Origin: Carcharhinus longimanus | Taxonomy: Eukaryota | Reading direction: 5' to 3' | NCBI GenBank assembly: GCA_030264375.1 | Contig: JASCQW010000132.1 | Location: 70,999,478 to 71,063,477 of the forward strand | Length of the DNA stretch: 64,000 bases | In this document: positions 1 through 11,345 of the stretch, piece by piece | Layout of the letters: each line of letters begins with the position of its first letter | How positions within the stretch are numbered: position 1 is the stretch's first letter | Position numbers and translations under genes: made by a program | Notes under the pieces: generated by a model | Seen by the model: the letters and a program-made list of their open reading frames with translations, nothing else | Told to the model about the DNA's origin: nothing | The model's database searches: none

Positions 1-2004
1 AAGAATGACAATGTGTGGGATGATTGTAGAAAGTCTGCACCGGACAAGATGGCGGATTACTCTGATTTTTTTTAATGTTGTGATTCTTATACATTTATTG
101 GAAAAGTTCTGCCCATAAATCTGGCTGTTAGCTTTAATCTATACATTTAGGATATGGATACTGATCATCATATTTGAATATTGATCAATATTGATCACTT
201 TTCCTGTAACCTGAGGAAGGAGTTACTTTCCCAAAGATCTCAGATTTTGACAGTGGAAAAGGCAAGTTTTGTCATAGTGTAAAAAGTGAGTTAACAAATT
301 AGCAACCTGTTTGACAGCTCTTTCAATTTTTTATTTCCATTGTTCACATAAGGGCATCTCCGCAATGAAATAACTGTAAGGTTGGATGAAGGCTTGGCAT
401 GGGACCAGCAGTAAATGTGTAGCAGATTGACCAATGATGTTAAGCATCACACATCTTTCAGCAATGTATCACTGTGCAGCCTTAACTTAGCTGACAGGAT
501 GATTGCATCATGATTGCACCTTTTCCTAGCTTCTGCAGAGCACATACACAACATTGATCTTCACCATCACCTTCTGCTTTTCTGTCTTCTGGGCAGGAAA
601 TTTGGAGTGGCAAATGGGACAAACCTCCTTATGTCTGACGTAGGCAGCACATCACTATCTTACCATGCATGAAGCATGAGGTTGTGTTCTCTTTATGGTT
701 AAGCCCCCAGTGCAGCAGTTCTCTACTCAATTGTCTCGTAACATTGAGAGCTCAGCAAGGTGTGGATCTGTGTCCATTCTACATCATTTGCTGTCAGTTA
801 CAGACAGAAGCAGGGATGAAGGGAAGGAGAAAGAGAGGTGGATGCTTCCGAAGGACATATTGGTGGAAGGCAGCCAACTTACGACTCCAAACCTCCATTC
901 TCCATTCTGAATGGTCATGGCTGACAAGGACTCGTGTGGTTAGTCTTTCCATGCTACCAAGGTAATGGTCTCTATATAGAGTCTCTATGGTAATAGACTT
1001 AAGCAGAATTACGGTGAGGTTTCTTGCACAAGGGTCTCATCACCCTGGTCAAAGAACAATGTCTATATGTATTCGTGTATGAATAGAAGGAACACACACC
1101 CCAGAATAACCTTCACCTGGAATGAGTGGGGTGGCGATGTCATGTCTAGACAGAGGGCAGGTGAAGGGCTTAGCACTGACTTCCTGGCTTTGCGATCTTT
1201 AGGGGAGATGCTCACTAAATGTATCACTTCAATTATTCATTCACACACCCACGGAGGTGTCAATGATACACCTTGGTGAGAATTCTAATGAGGGGAAACA
1301 GGGCCCATTACAGGTTGGCACAAAGTCATGAGGAGCAAAGATCTGAACAGTAAGAATCAGCGGGGCCTCTAGAGGGACAAGACCCTGCTGAACATGATCC
1401 ACTGTAACAATAAGCATTAGCTCAATTATGGCTTAATCGCAGGTAATACTCTCACCTAGAAATGAGCAAAAGGCAATGTAAGTCCCGGGATGTGGTTGCT
1501 CACTCCTCCAGCTTCCCCAGTACGAGTTGCAGCCGCAACAAGTCTGGAGGAGTAATGTGGAGATAACGATCTGCGTTGACTGGATGCCATTCAAATATGG
1601 TACCAGGACCTCGGATCCCATGGCCGGGCTGACGGCTTCGTGCCTGCTCTGCCATGAGATTCACTGAGCTCCTCGCGGATGCCAAATTAATAAACTGTGC
1701 AATGCAAAATTGTGTGTGCTCAGCCATTCGGCTGCCCAGCAGGTATCATGCCAATGTTCCCCCTCACCACCAGACAGATACTCCACCCAATGTTTTGACA
1801 ACTTCTTCTTTTTCCCAAATTTGGCGGATAGTTATAGTATTGAATCCCAAACTTTATTTAAAATGAAAGATTTCAAAAAAAATCCTGTTTTTTTAAAAAA
1901 AGTCAGTGGAAAAATCTTGAGTCCTACAGAGCCTTTTGGAAGGATAGACAAATTTATTTTAATGTCATTTACCCTTAGGAAGCCACATCCCTTTAATTCC
2001 CAGC

Positions 2005-2110
2005 AGGAAAGAAAGAAAGAATTTGCATTTATATTTCACAATCTCAGACATCCCAAAGCACTTCACAGCCAATTAAGTACTTTTTGATGTGTAGTCATGT
2101 TGTAATGTAG
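2005..2110 (-). mobile_element. 3' tail of DeuSINE/SacSINE1-like SINE (L2-type tail)
   Basis: Minus strand reads CTACATTACAACATGACTACACATCAAAAAGTACTTAATTGGCTGTGAAGTGCTTTGGGATGTC...ATATAAATGCAA(TTCT)n, resembling DeuSINE/L2 3' ends. Confidence 0.6.
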
Positions 2111-2291
2111 CAGTCCTCAAGGAGCTGCTAACTCATCAAACATTCAACTCCACTTTTGACAAGTTCCATGTGTGAGCCCCAATCCAAATAGGGCAATACT
2201 AGTCTGGCAATTAAATGTCAGGATTGGATTTCCACTCAATTTATTCCTGAAATAACTCTGAACAAAAATATTTTTTTATTGACCAAAATGA

Positions 2292-2846
2292 GGCTTAATA
2301 GACTTGAAACAGGACCAGTAGCTCGGAATGGGAGTAGTTGGCTCAGAGTGTGATCAGTAGTTCGGAATGGGACAAGAAGACTTAGAATGGAACAAGCAGA
2401 CTCTGAATGGGATTAATAGGCTTGGAATGGGATCAATATGCTCGGAAAGGGCAGCACAGTGCACAGTGGTTAGCACTGCTGCCCCACAGTGCAAGAGACT
2501 CAGGTTCGATTCCAGCTTTGGTCACTGCCTTTGTGGAGTTTTCACTTCCTCCCCATGTCTGCGTGGGTTTCCTTTGGGTGCTCCGCTTTCCTCCCACAGT
2601 CAAAAGATATGCAGATTAGATTAATTGGACATGCTAAAATTGAGCCTGATGTCAGGAAAATTAGCAGAGTTTCGAATTGCGGGAATAGAGCCTGGGTGGG
2701 ATTGTGGTTGGTACAGACTCAATGGGCAGAATGGTCTCCTTCTGTAGTGTAGGAACACTGGGATCACATATTGGAATGGCTCAGGTAGGCACGGAATGGG
2801 ATCAATAGGCTCAGAATGGGACAAGTAGGTTCGGAATGGGACTAAT
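2292..2846. repeat. Degenerate ~20-bp minisatellite (GGCTCGGAATGGGATCAATA-like), interrupted by an HE1 SINE
   Basis: About 8 units left of 2449 and about 4 units right of 2755. Confidence 0.85.
2449..2755 (+). mobile_element. HE1-type tRNA-derived SINE
   Basis: Head GCACAGTGGTTAGCACTGCTGCC...GGTTCGATTCC, body TGTGGAGTTT..., tail AATGGGCAGAATGGTCTCCTTCTG. Confidence 0.9.
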
Positions 2847-4149
2847 ATGCTTACTGATCTTTCAATATTGATGATGAGAGCACTGCTGGATGGAGAAAAT
2901 AAGCCCAAAAATATTTCAACTGTATATTTTTGCAGGACTACTTCTCCTGACAAAGATACAGGAGTGCTGCTGCCAGCAGCTCTTTAAGCTGGTTAGGATG
3001 GAATCTGAAATGTCAACTTTGCTTGTGTTTCTTGTAAGACACCACCTTGGTAAATATGTGCTAAGAACACAGATATCTAACAGATCACTAAGGGACTGGT
3101 TGACAATTAGATCACCTGCTAGCACTCACTAAATAGGCTGAATATTGTTTTAAAGGGTAATACTTCACAACCTCTCCAAACAACAATAATCAGAGCTGGG
3201 GTGAACAACTAATTGCTGAGGCTCTCAAGCCCTACTTAAAGTCATGCTCAGATTTCAATCCTTGCTCCAGTTGGTTTGAAAAGGACTTTACAGACAGACT
3301 TTCTGGGACACTTTCTCAAGACTTGACCAACCCCTAATGAACCATTCTCAGGACTTTATTTAAGAAGGGTGAGCTTTGTGCTACTCTATCTTATTAAACA
3401 CCTTAAAAGAGAATGCTTGGTTAGCAGGAGCTTGCTGAGTGATCCCTTGCTAAAAGGAGAAATTGATGGAAGAAATGAGGCCAGGCAGTGCAGCACTAGG
3501 AGAGTAGAACAGGAGAACTCTCTTCAGGACGTCTCAGACAGCACCGCTTCTATATTCATATGAGCAAAGACTAGTGCTTGAGGAGAAGGCACTTTGTCAA
3601 GGAAATCATCACAGATTTCTGTGATCTTCTGAAATAAAGACTCAGATATCGCAGCAAAACAGGGCTTCAATGCATGTGACAGTCAAGGTCATGGTAGCTG
3701 TTAATTTTTAGACAACCGAAACCTTCCAGGCTGTCACAGATAATGTAAGCCGCACTGCACAATACCCTGAATAAGGAAATCTCAGCTGCACCAAATGCTG
3801 GAGGAAATGACTATTTTTTCACTTCCAATTGTGTGGAGGAAACCAAAGCCTGAAAACCCTAGGATTAAACAGATTTGAAGGATTCCCCAGAGTCCAGGAA
3901 TCCATGATTGTGTATATATGGCCATGCTAGTTCCTTATTTAAACTTGGAGGTGTTTAGGAGTTGAAAAAAATTCATTACCTTAATTCATTCCCTTGTTTG
4001 TGACCATCAGCTATGCATTATACAGGGGAATGTATGTTATCCAGACAGTAGTCAGGATACTTTGATATCAAATCATCTGTGCAATAGATCCTTGATTCTC
4101 AGCAGGGTTCGTAACAGGTGATGTCATGTTTGATGGCTTCCCTGAAAAG

Positions 4150-4620
4150 CCCAGACATCATGGGGTGGGGGAGGTCAGACCTCCGGGGGGGGTGAAGAAA
4201 TTAAAGTTGGGTGTTGAACGGGGAGAGAGTTGTGTTGTGTGTGGGGTCTTGTCAGTCACAAGGGAGTACCTGGCCAGCTGGGTGGAGCATCAGGTAGGGG
4301 AGCCAGTTCGAACCTTGGTGGAAAGGAGGGGAATTGGGTGGGCTGCAAGCTGGTGGGTCAGGTATGTTGCTGTAAGGGGTTTGGTGGGTCTGGTCAGGTT
4401 GGGGGTTACAGTTGGGCCCCTGGGACAATGCAGGGTGAGGAGGGAGAGGTCAGGGGTCCCTTGCTATTGGGGAAATCTCATAAGGGTTCGGTGGAGTGGG
4501 GAATATCATGGAGGGTGGGTGAATGCTTAGGGGGAGGGGATTCGTGGGTACGGGGTGAATCCACTGAGGGGTTAAGGGTTTGGGGGAGTCCTATGGATGG
4601 GGAGCTGTTGGTGGGTGGGA
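4150..4620. repeat. G-rich low-complexity tract
   Basis: Dense GGG runs, strong G skew on +. Confidence 0.7.
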
Positions 4621-4852
4621 TTAGTCTGTGCCTTTACAATAGTTACCCAGAATTCAGAAGACATTTGAATTCTTCTCAGCTTTTATGAATAATAATAGGC
4701 GTAATTCAATCAGAACCATCTAAGTTTGCAATTTAAATTATGTTTTCAGATGATTCACAGTGCAAGGCAATTGCTCGGAGGAACATCATGCTTCTGAGAA
4801 TTAACTGTGAAGGAGACCTGGTAAAATGCTGGGTCCCTCACTTGGACATTAA

Positions 4853-4979
4853 GGGTGGAATTTTCCTGCCCACCCAATAAGGGAATTGTAGTGGGTAGGG
4901 AGACAGACCATGCAGAGGCCCATTGATCTCGAGTGAGATTTTCCAGTTTTGGGGTGAGCACGGCCAGAAAGTCCTACCC
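4853..4979. mobile_element. Tourist-like (PIF/Harbinger) MITE
   Basis: Imperfect TIRs GGGTGGAATTTTCC / GAAAGTCCTACCC, TAA duplicated on both sides (4850-4852, 4980-4982); related copy at 37447-37574. Confidence 0.85.
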
Positions 4980-5214
4980 TAAGTGTCTCAAAACAAGTGT
5001 TCCCTCTGATGAGGCAATAGGAAAACTCAATAGATTTACTGAGTAGCCTTCAGGATGCCCTGGAGACTTGTATGATGCTCCTTTAATTCCTGTGACACCA
5101 CTAAATTCATATGGATTCAGGGATAATTGGTGTCAGGAAACTCATTAATGAGCCTGATTGACATCCCACCGTGAACTGGCAAGTTGCATGTATTGGATTT
5201 GTTTCACCTCCAAC

Positions 5215-6325
5215 ATAATTGCAGGAAGTGGATTCAAAATTGGCTCAGTTGTAGGAGACAAAGGGTGTTGACAGAAGGTTGCCTTACTGACTGGAAGCCA
5301 GTGTCCACACTGGGATCTGTGCTGGGCCTCTTATTATTTGTCATTTACATAAATGACATTGATGACTATGTGGAGGGTAGGATTAGTAAGTTTGCGAATA
5401 ACACAAAGATTGGACGGGTGGCTAACAGTGAGGCAGAATACCTTGGGCAACAAGAAAATATAGATGGAATGGTTAAATAGGCAGATAAGTGGCAAATGGA
5501 ATTTAACACCGTAAAGTGTGGAGGTGATACACTTTGGAAGGAGTAACTTGACAAAAAAGTGGTCAATGAATGGTAGGACATTAGAAAGTTTTGTGAAGCA
5601 AAGGGGCCTTGGCATGTCTGGCCACAGATCTCTGAAAGGAGAAGGACATATTAATAGGGTGGTGATAAAGGCATAGGGATACTTGCCTTTATCAATCGAG
5701 GTTTAGATTACAAAAGCAGGGAAGTCATACTGGAATTGTACAGAACTTTGGGGAGGCCACAGCTAGTGTGCTGTGTGCAGTTCTGGTTGCTACATTATCG
5801 GAAGGATGTGATTGCACCGGAGGGAGTGCAGAGGAGATTCACCCGGATGCTGCTGGGAGGGAACATTTAAGTTATGAAGACAGATTGGATAAGCTTGGTG
5901 TTTTTTGGAGCAGAGAAGACTGAGGGGCAAACTGATTGAAGTGTACAAGATTCTGAAAGGCATGTACTGAGTGAATAAGGAGCAGGTGTTCTCCTTAGTT
6001 GAAAGGTCAGTTGCGAGGAGACATGGGTTCAAGGTGAGTGGCAGGAGGTTTGTGGCCGGGGAGGGGGGGGTGTTGTGAGGAAAACCATTTTTTATCCAGA
6101 AGGTGGTGACTTTCTGGGATGCGCTACCTGGGAGGGTTGTAGAGGTGGGCTGCCTCACGTCCTTTTTAAAAAGTATCTGGGTGAGCACTTGGTACATCAT
6201 AAATTTCAGGGCTGTGAGCCAAGTGCTGGCAGATAGGAGTAGGTGAGAGTTCAGGTGTTTCTAATGCATTGGTGCAGACCTGATGGGCTGAAGGGCCTCT
6301 TCTGTGCTGTATGATTCCATGATTC
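5215..6325 (+). mobile_element. CR1/HER1-type LINE, 5'-truncated, decayed RT and 3' UTR
   Basis: WIQNWLSCRRQRV, GSVLGLLLFVIYINDID, ISKFANNTKI (FADDTK motif); stops and frameshifts; tail ATGGGCTGAAGGGCCTCTTCTGTGCTGTATGATTC. Confidence 0.95.
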
Positions 6326-6529
6326 TCCCCCCTGGCAGACTTCCACATGGTCTCCCACTTGGTTTAGTGAGCCAGGTCACCATGCTTCTGTCATGTTGGG
6401 TTAGGTTAATTTTCACTCTATGTCTCTTGCCAGTCTATTCTCATAATCTCTTTTTCCTTTCCTTAGCAATTTCTTGGCCCTCCTTTGCTGCACTCAAAAA
6501 TATTCCAATTCCTCAAACTTATTCCTTTT

Positions 6530-6890
6530 TTTACAGTATTATAAACCTCTTCCTTTGATCTAGTACTACCTTAAAGTCTTTTTCATAGCCAATGCTGGAC
6601 CATTTTCTTTGTGATTAGTTTACAGATGATCAAATTTGCAAATAACCTATTAATTCTTTAAATGTTATCAATTCATATCTATTGTCATATCTTTGAACAT
6701 GGTTTCTCAAGTTACCTCAGTCAACTTATCTGTTATATTCACATAGATTGCTTTGTTTAGATTTAAGACCCTAGTTTGAGACTTAAATAACTCACAAGCT
6801 CAATGTAAATTTGTACCATATTATGATCATTCTTCCCTGGGAGCTGTCTTGTTACAGGCTATTAATTAGCGCTTTCTTATTGTACAATAT
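6530..6890 (-). mobile_element. CR1 LINE ORF2 internal fragment
   Basis: Resembles the CR1 endonuclease-RT linker also seen at 33500-33870. Confidence 0.55.
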
Positions 6891-7150
6891 AGTTGCATGC
6901 CTCAGCAGGTGATGTAACCGTGCGCGAGATTAGCATCATTTAAAGCTAACCTGCACCACTTAAAGCCAGTTTGTACCTCTTAAAGAGGAGACACGTTTAT
7001 AACTGTTTGCTATTTTGTGCGGTTCTTGCTCTCTTCTGTAGAGTGCACTGATGGTTTGATGAGAAAATGCAGAGCAGGACAGATAGTGTCCACTTATGGG
7101 GAACCAGGAAGCTCTCCAGATCAATGCTTTTAATATTAAACCAGAGAGGT
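6890..7150 (+). mobile_element. PIF/Harbinger fragment (subterminal region plus start of Myb/SANT gene)
   Basis: TTTAAAGCTAACCTGCACC shared with 57150-57190; decayed MQSRTDSV..GTRKLSRS-like stretch. Confidence 0.4.
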
Positions 7151-8093
7151 AGAAATTGTGCCCTCAATATTTTTGATATTAACATTTCCTGGAGAAATGA
7201 AGAAGAGGTTTGGCCTTATATGTAAACTACACTGTTGCAGCCTTGTGGGGAAACATTGTCATGGATAATGGTGCTCCAAGTAAAGACAGTGTTAAGAAAT
7301 AACAAGAAATCAGTTCCCATACTAGGAGTAAATCAGGAAACAATTGGATAGCCGGAAGATCAAATGACCTTTTATTGGCTACTTTTTACGATGGTAACAG
7401 AGATATCATAATGAGCGATTTTAACTGTCATAACATGCAACGAAATAAGACAAAAATCCATGATCTGGTCTAAATTCAATATTTTTGCAGACAGGAAATG
7501 GACACAATATAAGCCGATGTGGCCTGGCAGAGATTTGCACCTCATCTGCATGAAAGTTCAGGTCACTATTAAATACTGCTTATTATAAACCTTGCCATTG
7601 AAAATTGATTTATGATTATGGATATCATATTAATCATTATATCAATTGCCAGATGTTGCAGCAGATTCAAAGAAGGAGAAAGTGTCATTTTTGCACTCTG
7701 GTTGAAATATCTGTGCGGTGACTTTTTCTGGGCATGTCAGCAATTTCCTTGATGGCCTTTTGTAAGTGAATAGCGTAATTGTGATCTTTCTGTTGTGTTC
7801 CAATTTACACCTTACAAAACATTGAATGTCATTGATTCTCTAATGGTCAAAGGTATTTCTGAAGACTTTAGAATAATGATTCTTCTAGTGATGTTGATTC
7901 CTGTAGTGAGGATAGAATGTTTTTGCTGCTTTTATATACCTATCTTTTCTCCATATTTGATAAATACATTAATCATTTTTGGGTAAGTGATACATCTGAC
8001 CGAATTCAGGGCATCTTATGACATGTACTATTAGCCAAAATTACAATAGCATGATTAAATTTTAACATGTTTTGGCTGAAGGTGCAAATAGAT

Positions 8094-8300
8094 TTTTTGT
8101 TATTTCATGGGACATAGGCATCATGGGCAAGGTCAGCTTTTATAGCCAATCGTTAATTGCTCTTGATTGATTTGATAATTTCTGAGGTCAGTAAAGAGTC
8201 AACCACATTGCTGTGGGGTTGGAGTCACATTTAGGCCAGACCAGATTTCCTTCCTTAAAGGTCATTAATGAACCAGATTGATTTTTACGACCACCACAGC
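8094..8300 (-). mobile_element. 3' part of tRNA-headed SINE (family of 51275-51667)
   Basis: AGAGTCAACCACATTGCTGTGG..GGAGTCACAT..GGCCAGACC is the reverse complement of that SINE body. Confidence 0.8.
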
Positions 8301-8441
8301 GATGTGGTTAACTCTTAAATGCCAAACAAGCTATTCAAGGACAATTATGGATGGGTCACAAATGATGGCATAAATAGCATTGCCCACATCCAATGAGTGA
8401 AAATAATCTGGGACCCATGTGAGTAACAGCACAAGGAGCAT

Positions 8442-8580
8442 GGGGGTGGTGGGGAGTGTTCTCCCACCCCGCCTGCCAAGGGAATCATTGCGGGCGAGGG
8501 GTGGACCACGCAAAGGCCCATTGTGCTCAAGCAGGATTCCCCGTTTTTCTTTGGGCAAGCATAGCTGGAGAATCGCACCC
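8442..8580. mobile_element. Tourist-like MITE
   Basis: GGG...CCC ends, CAT flanking both sides, internal similarity to 4853-4979. Confidence 0.7.
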
Positions 8581-8899
8581 CATATCTTCTAAAACAATAA
8601 GATTGACGGATTGAAAAATACACTAAGGAAGGGCTAAGCTGAAATGTGAATTGAAGCAGATTAATTTAGAAATGAATCAGCTAAAGACTAATTGGATTAA
8701 GAGATAGAAAAAAAGAAGCAGAATGAAAAAGAATTAAAAAGATGCGAATTGAGAACTTTGAAAGTCTGCTAAGACAATTCAGAATCTGAAAGAATAAAAT
8801 CCACATTTACTGTTGTTGATTTTCTAAGAAGTTTGAAGATGGGTGGAGCAGATATGATGGGTTAAAATTGGCTTTCCCCATATTTTGGGTCTGAAGGTT

Positions 8900-9720
8900 A
8901 CAACTTGCAACCTGTCCACGTCTGAGCATTTGGTGCTCTCACCTCATTGCCATGATTGGTCTCGTGTCCAACTTGCTGCTGCCTCTCTCTGTGCTTAGCA
9001 GGGGACCAGTCAGCAGGAAATACAGCTAGCCTTTTCTTCCCATAGGCAATCTGTTTGCCTTAAAGGATATTGTATGGAATAATATTGCTGCAATGTAAAA
9101 CATGGAAAATGGATCACTGAGAAAGGATTGCAGAGTGAAAGATGTGGCACTGGAAACATTGATGATGGAGGTGAGCTGGAGATTTGCCATGGAGAAGCAA
9201 GGAGATGCTTAAGGATCACCCCAAAGGGGACTGGGAGCAGTTGGCAATGAATGTATTGAGTGTGCTCACACTGCAACTGCACATTGTGTAAATGGTAACC
9301 TTTGCTGGTACATTTCAGCATTGAGACACAGTGCCCGCAAATCCACACGTGTACTGTTGATGGCACCCTGCACCATGTCATAGCTGCTAGTCTAGTATAT
9401 GTCTACTCTCTGACTGCTACTCTCAGTTCAGAGAGAATACAACATACAAATCCAGCTCCTGGATGCAGCAAAGGGTGATGTACTGAGAGGCCTTTCCCAG
9501 CCTGCAAAGATCCTGCTGGGCAGAAGTTGATGGCTGTGGTCAACTTCACTGACACCACCAACATCATCTCTGCACAGCTCTGAAGCAGTAGGCCCAGGTC
9601 CAAGAGCTCAGTGAGTATCTCCTGGTGAATTAATACACTGCTCCTGGCTCAAGTGGAGGTAGGAAACATTCTAGATGGATAAGGCTTCCTTCTGAAAGCC
9701 CTCTTACTCCTCCTTGTCCC
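8900..9720 (-). pseudogene. PIF/Harbinger DDE transposase (HARBI1-like) remnant
   Basis: Frameshifted motifs in the expected order: VSVKLTTAINFCPAGSLQ, VQGAINSTRV (GAIDCTH), KGYHLHNVQLQCEH (KGFHSLNVQLVCD), YPL. Confidence 0.85.
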
Positions 9721-10607
9721 TTTGTGAGAAGCATCTTTTTCTCTTGCTGCCTCAACACCATCTTGTTTGTATGCTGCAGCCAACTGAGACTGTTGTTACG
9801 TCACCCATTACTGAGGGCAAGTGGCACTCCCAGAACCCTTGCAGCAGTAGCCTTTTCCACTTGCAGTTTTCAACAATTTTAAGAAACTCTTCCAAAATAC
9901 CCCGTACTTCCACTGACTTAGAAATCAGGTAAAAAAAGCCAGAAAAAAAATGAGTAACCACCATGCAAGTTACTGATGACCCCATTCAAATAGCATTGGT
10001 GGTGACAGTTCTTCCTGCTGCTGAACACATGTTCAGCTGTGCATGCTTAAGAGTGGGTATTAGCTATAGAAATAAGGTCAGAAATGGCATAAAGCAGTGT
10101 TACAGTCACTGATGTCACAACCTGCCTATCCTAGCACAAGCTCATAGCACCCACACTAGGGGCCTCATCGAGATGGTGTTCAGTACTGGCTGCACCAGAG
10201 GTAGGTGGAAGTGATGTGGATGCCACTTTGCTCCTTAGCCAACAACTGTAGCACTAAAACCACTGACATTATGGAATTGAATTCACTACTCAAATGCTTC
10301 AATAAGCAAAGCATACACTAAAGTTAAGCACAGTACTGTTAAGTTAAACCAAATCACATCTTGAGTATCTCTGAGATGAAGTTTTTGAGTACTAACTGTG
10401 ATATTTAGAATGCCCACAGATTAAATGAAAGTGAAAGATCATCAATCTGGTATCACAAGTCTAATATTTTCCTAAGAACTTATAGGGTATTATTTGTTAC
10501 AGATTTCGAGATGTGTTCTAGCTAAACACAATCTAGCTAAACTCTATTAAGGCAAACATGGCACCAGTAGAAACATGAAATAATATGGGCGCTACAAATC
10601 TGAACTA

Positions 10608-11345
10608 AAAATAGAAAATGCTGGAAATACCCAGCAGGTCAGGCAGGATCTATAGAGGGAGAAACAGAGCTAGTGGGCTGGATTCAACAGGATGCCATAG
10701 GCCCCTAGTAGAAAGGTCTCACATCAGACTAAAGGTTTTGTCTCCGAGTTGCCAGATAATTAAGGGGCCGGCGGTAGCCCTTGCTCTGAGCAGTAATGGC
10801 CATTGCTGGGATTATAACTGTCCCCAGCGTTGAAACATCAGAGCTGGAGTCAAGGTAAGTGGAAGGGAGAGCTTCACCAGTGCACGGTAAGGTTGGGGAA
10901 GGAAAGGTGGGGTTGGGGCAACTGGGGGAGGAGCTTCGATGGACCCACTGAGAAGAACCCAACGCCAACTTGTGCAGTGAGATCTGCTGGGTATGACTCT
11001 CTCCTATTGCTGATTCAATACCAGCAGAGGTGAGATGAGGCCCTTAAGGGTCCATTAATTGGCTTCTTAAGGGCCTTGACTGAATCAGTGCCTCCTCTGC
11101 CAATGGTAAGATTACGGTAGGGTCAAGGGTGGGTAGGTGACAGCAATGGGTTTTATGGGCTTCCTACCTGGAAATCTGTCAGATAGTGGGGTGGGGGGAG
11201 TGGAGAATTCAACCCAATGTTTTAAGGCTGTGAGTTTACACCAGAAAGTTCTGATGAAAGGTCACAAACCTGAAACTTTAACTGTTTCTTTCTCCACACA
11301 TGCTGCCGGACCCGCTGAGCATTTGCAGCTTTTTTCTGTTTTCTT
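10608..11345. mobile_element. Palindromic Penelope-associated element with hammerhead-like core, interrupted by a MITE
   Basis: Left arm AAAATGCTGGAAATACCCAGCAGGTCAGGCAGGATC..GAGAAACAGAG is the approximate reverse complement of 11281-11342; CTGATGA at 11251 and GAAA at 11272. Confidence 0.7.
10675..11215. mobile_element. Non-autonomous PIF/Harbinger element
   Basis: TIRs GGGCTGGATTC / GAATTCAACCC; flanks AGT / AAT (3-bp TSD with one mismatch). Confidence 0.7.

Noticed and set aside
400-1760. Possible further Harbinger Myb/SANT remnant on the minus strand
   Set aside because: Only vague resemblance (MAEQARSRQP.., splice-like signals); motifs too decayed to support a call
2292-2846. CRISPR-like array
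   Set aside because: Head-to-tail degenerate 20-mers with no unique spacers and no cas genes, in a eukaryotic context
8640-8870. Possible Gypsy gag coiled-coil fragment
   Set aside because: A-rich and low complexity, with no diagnostic motif
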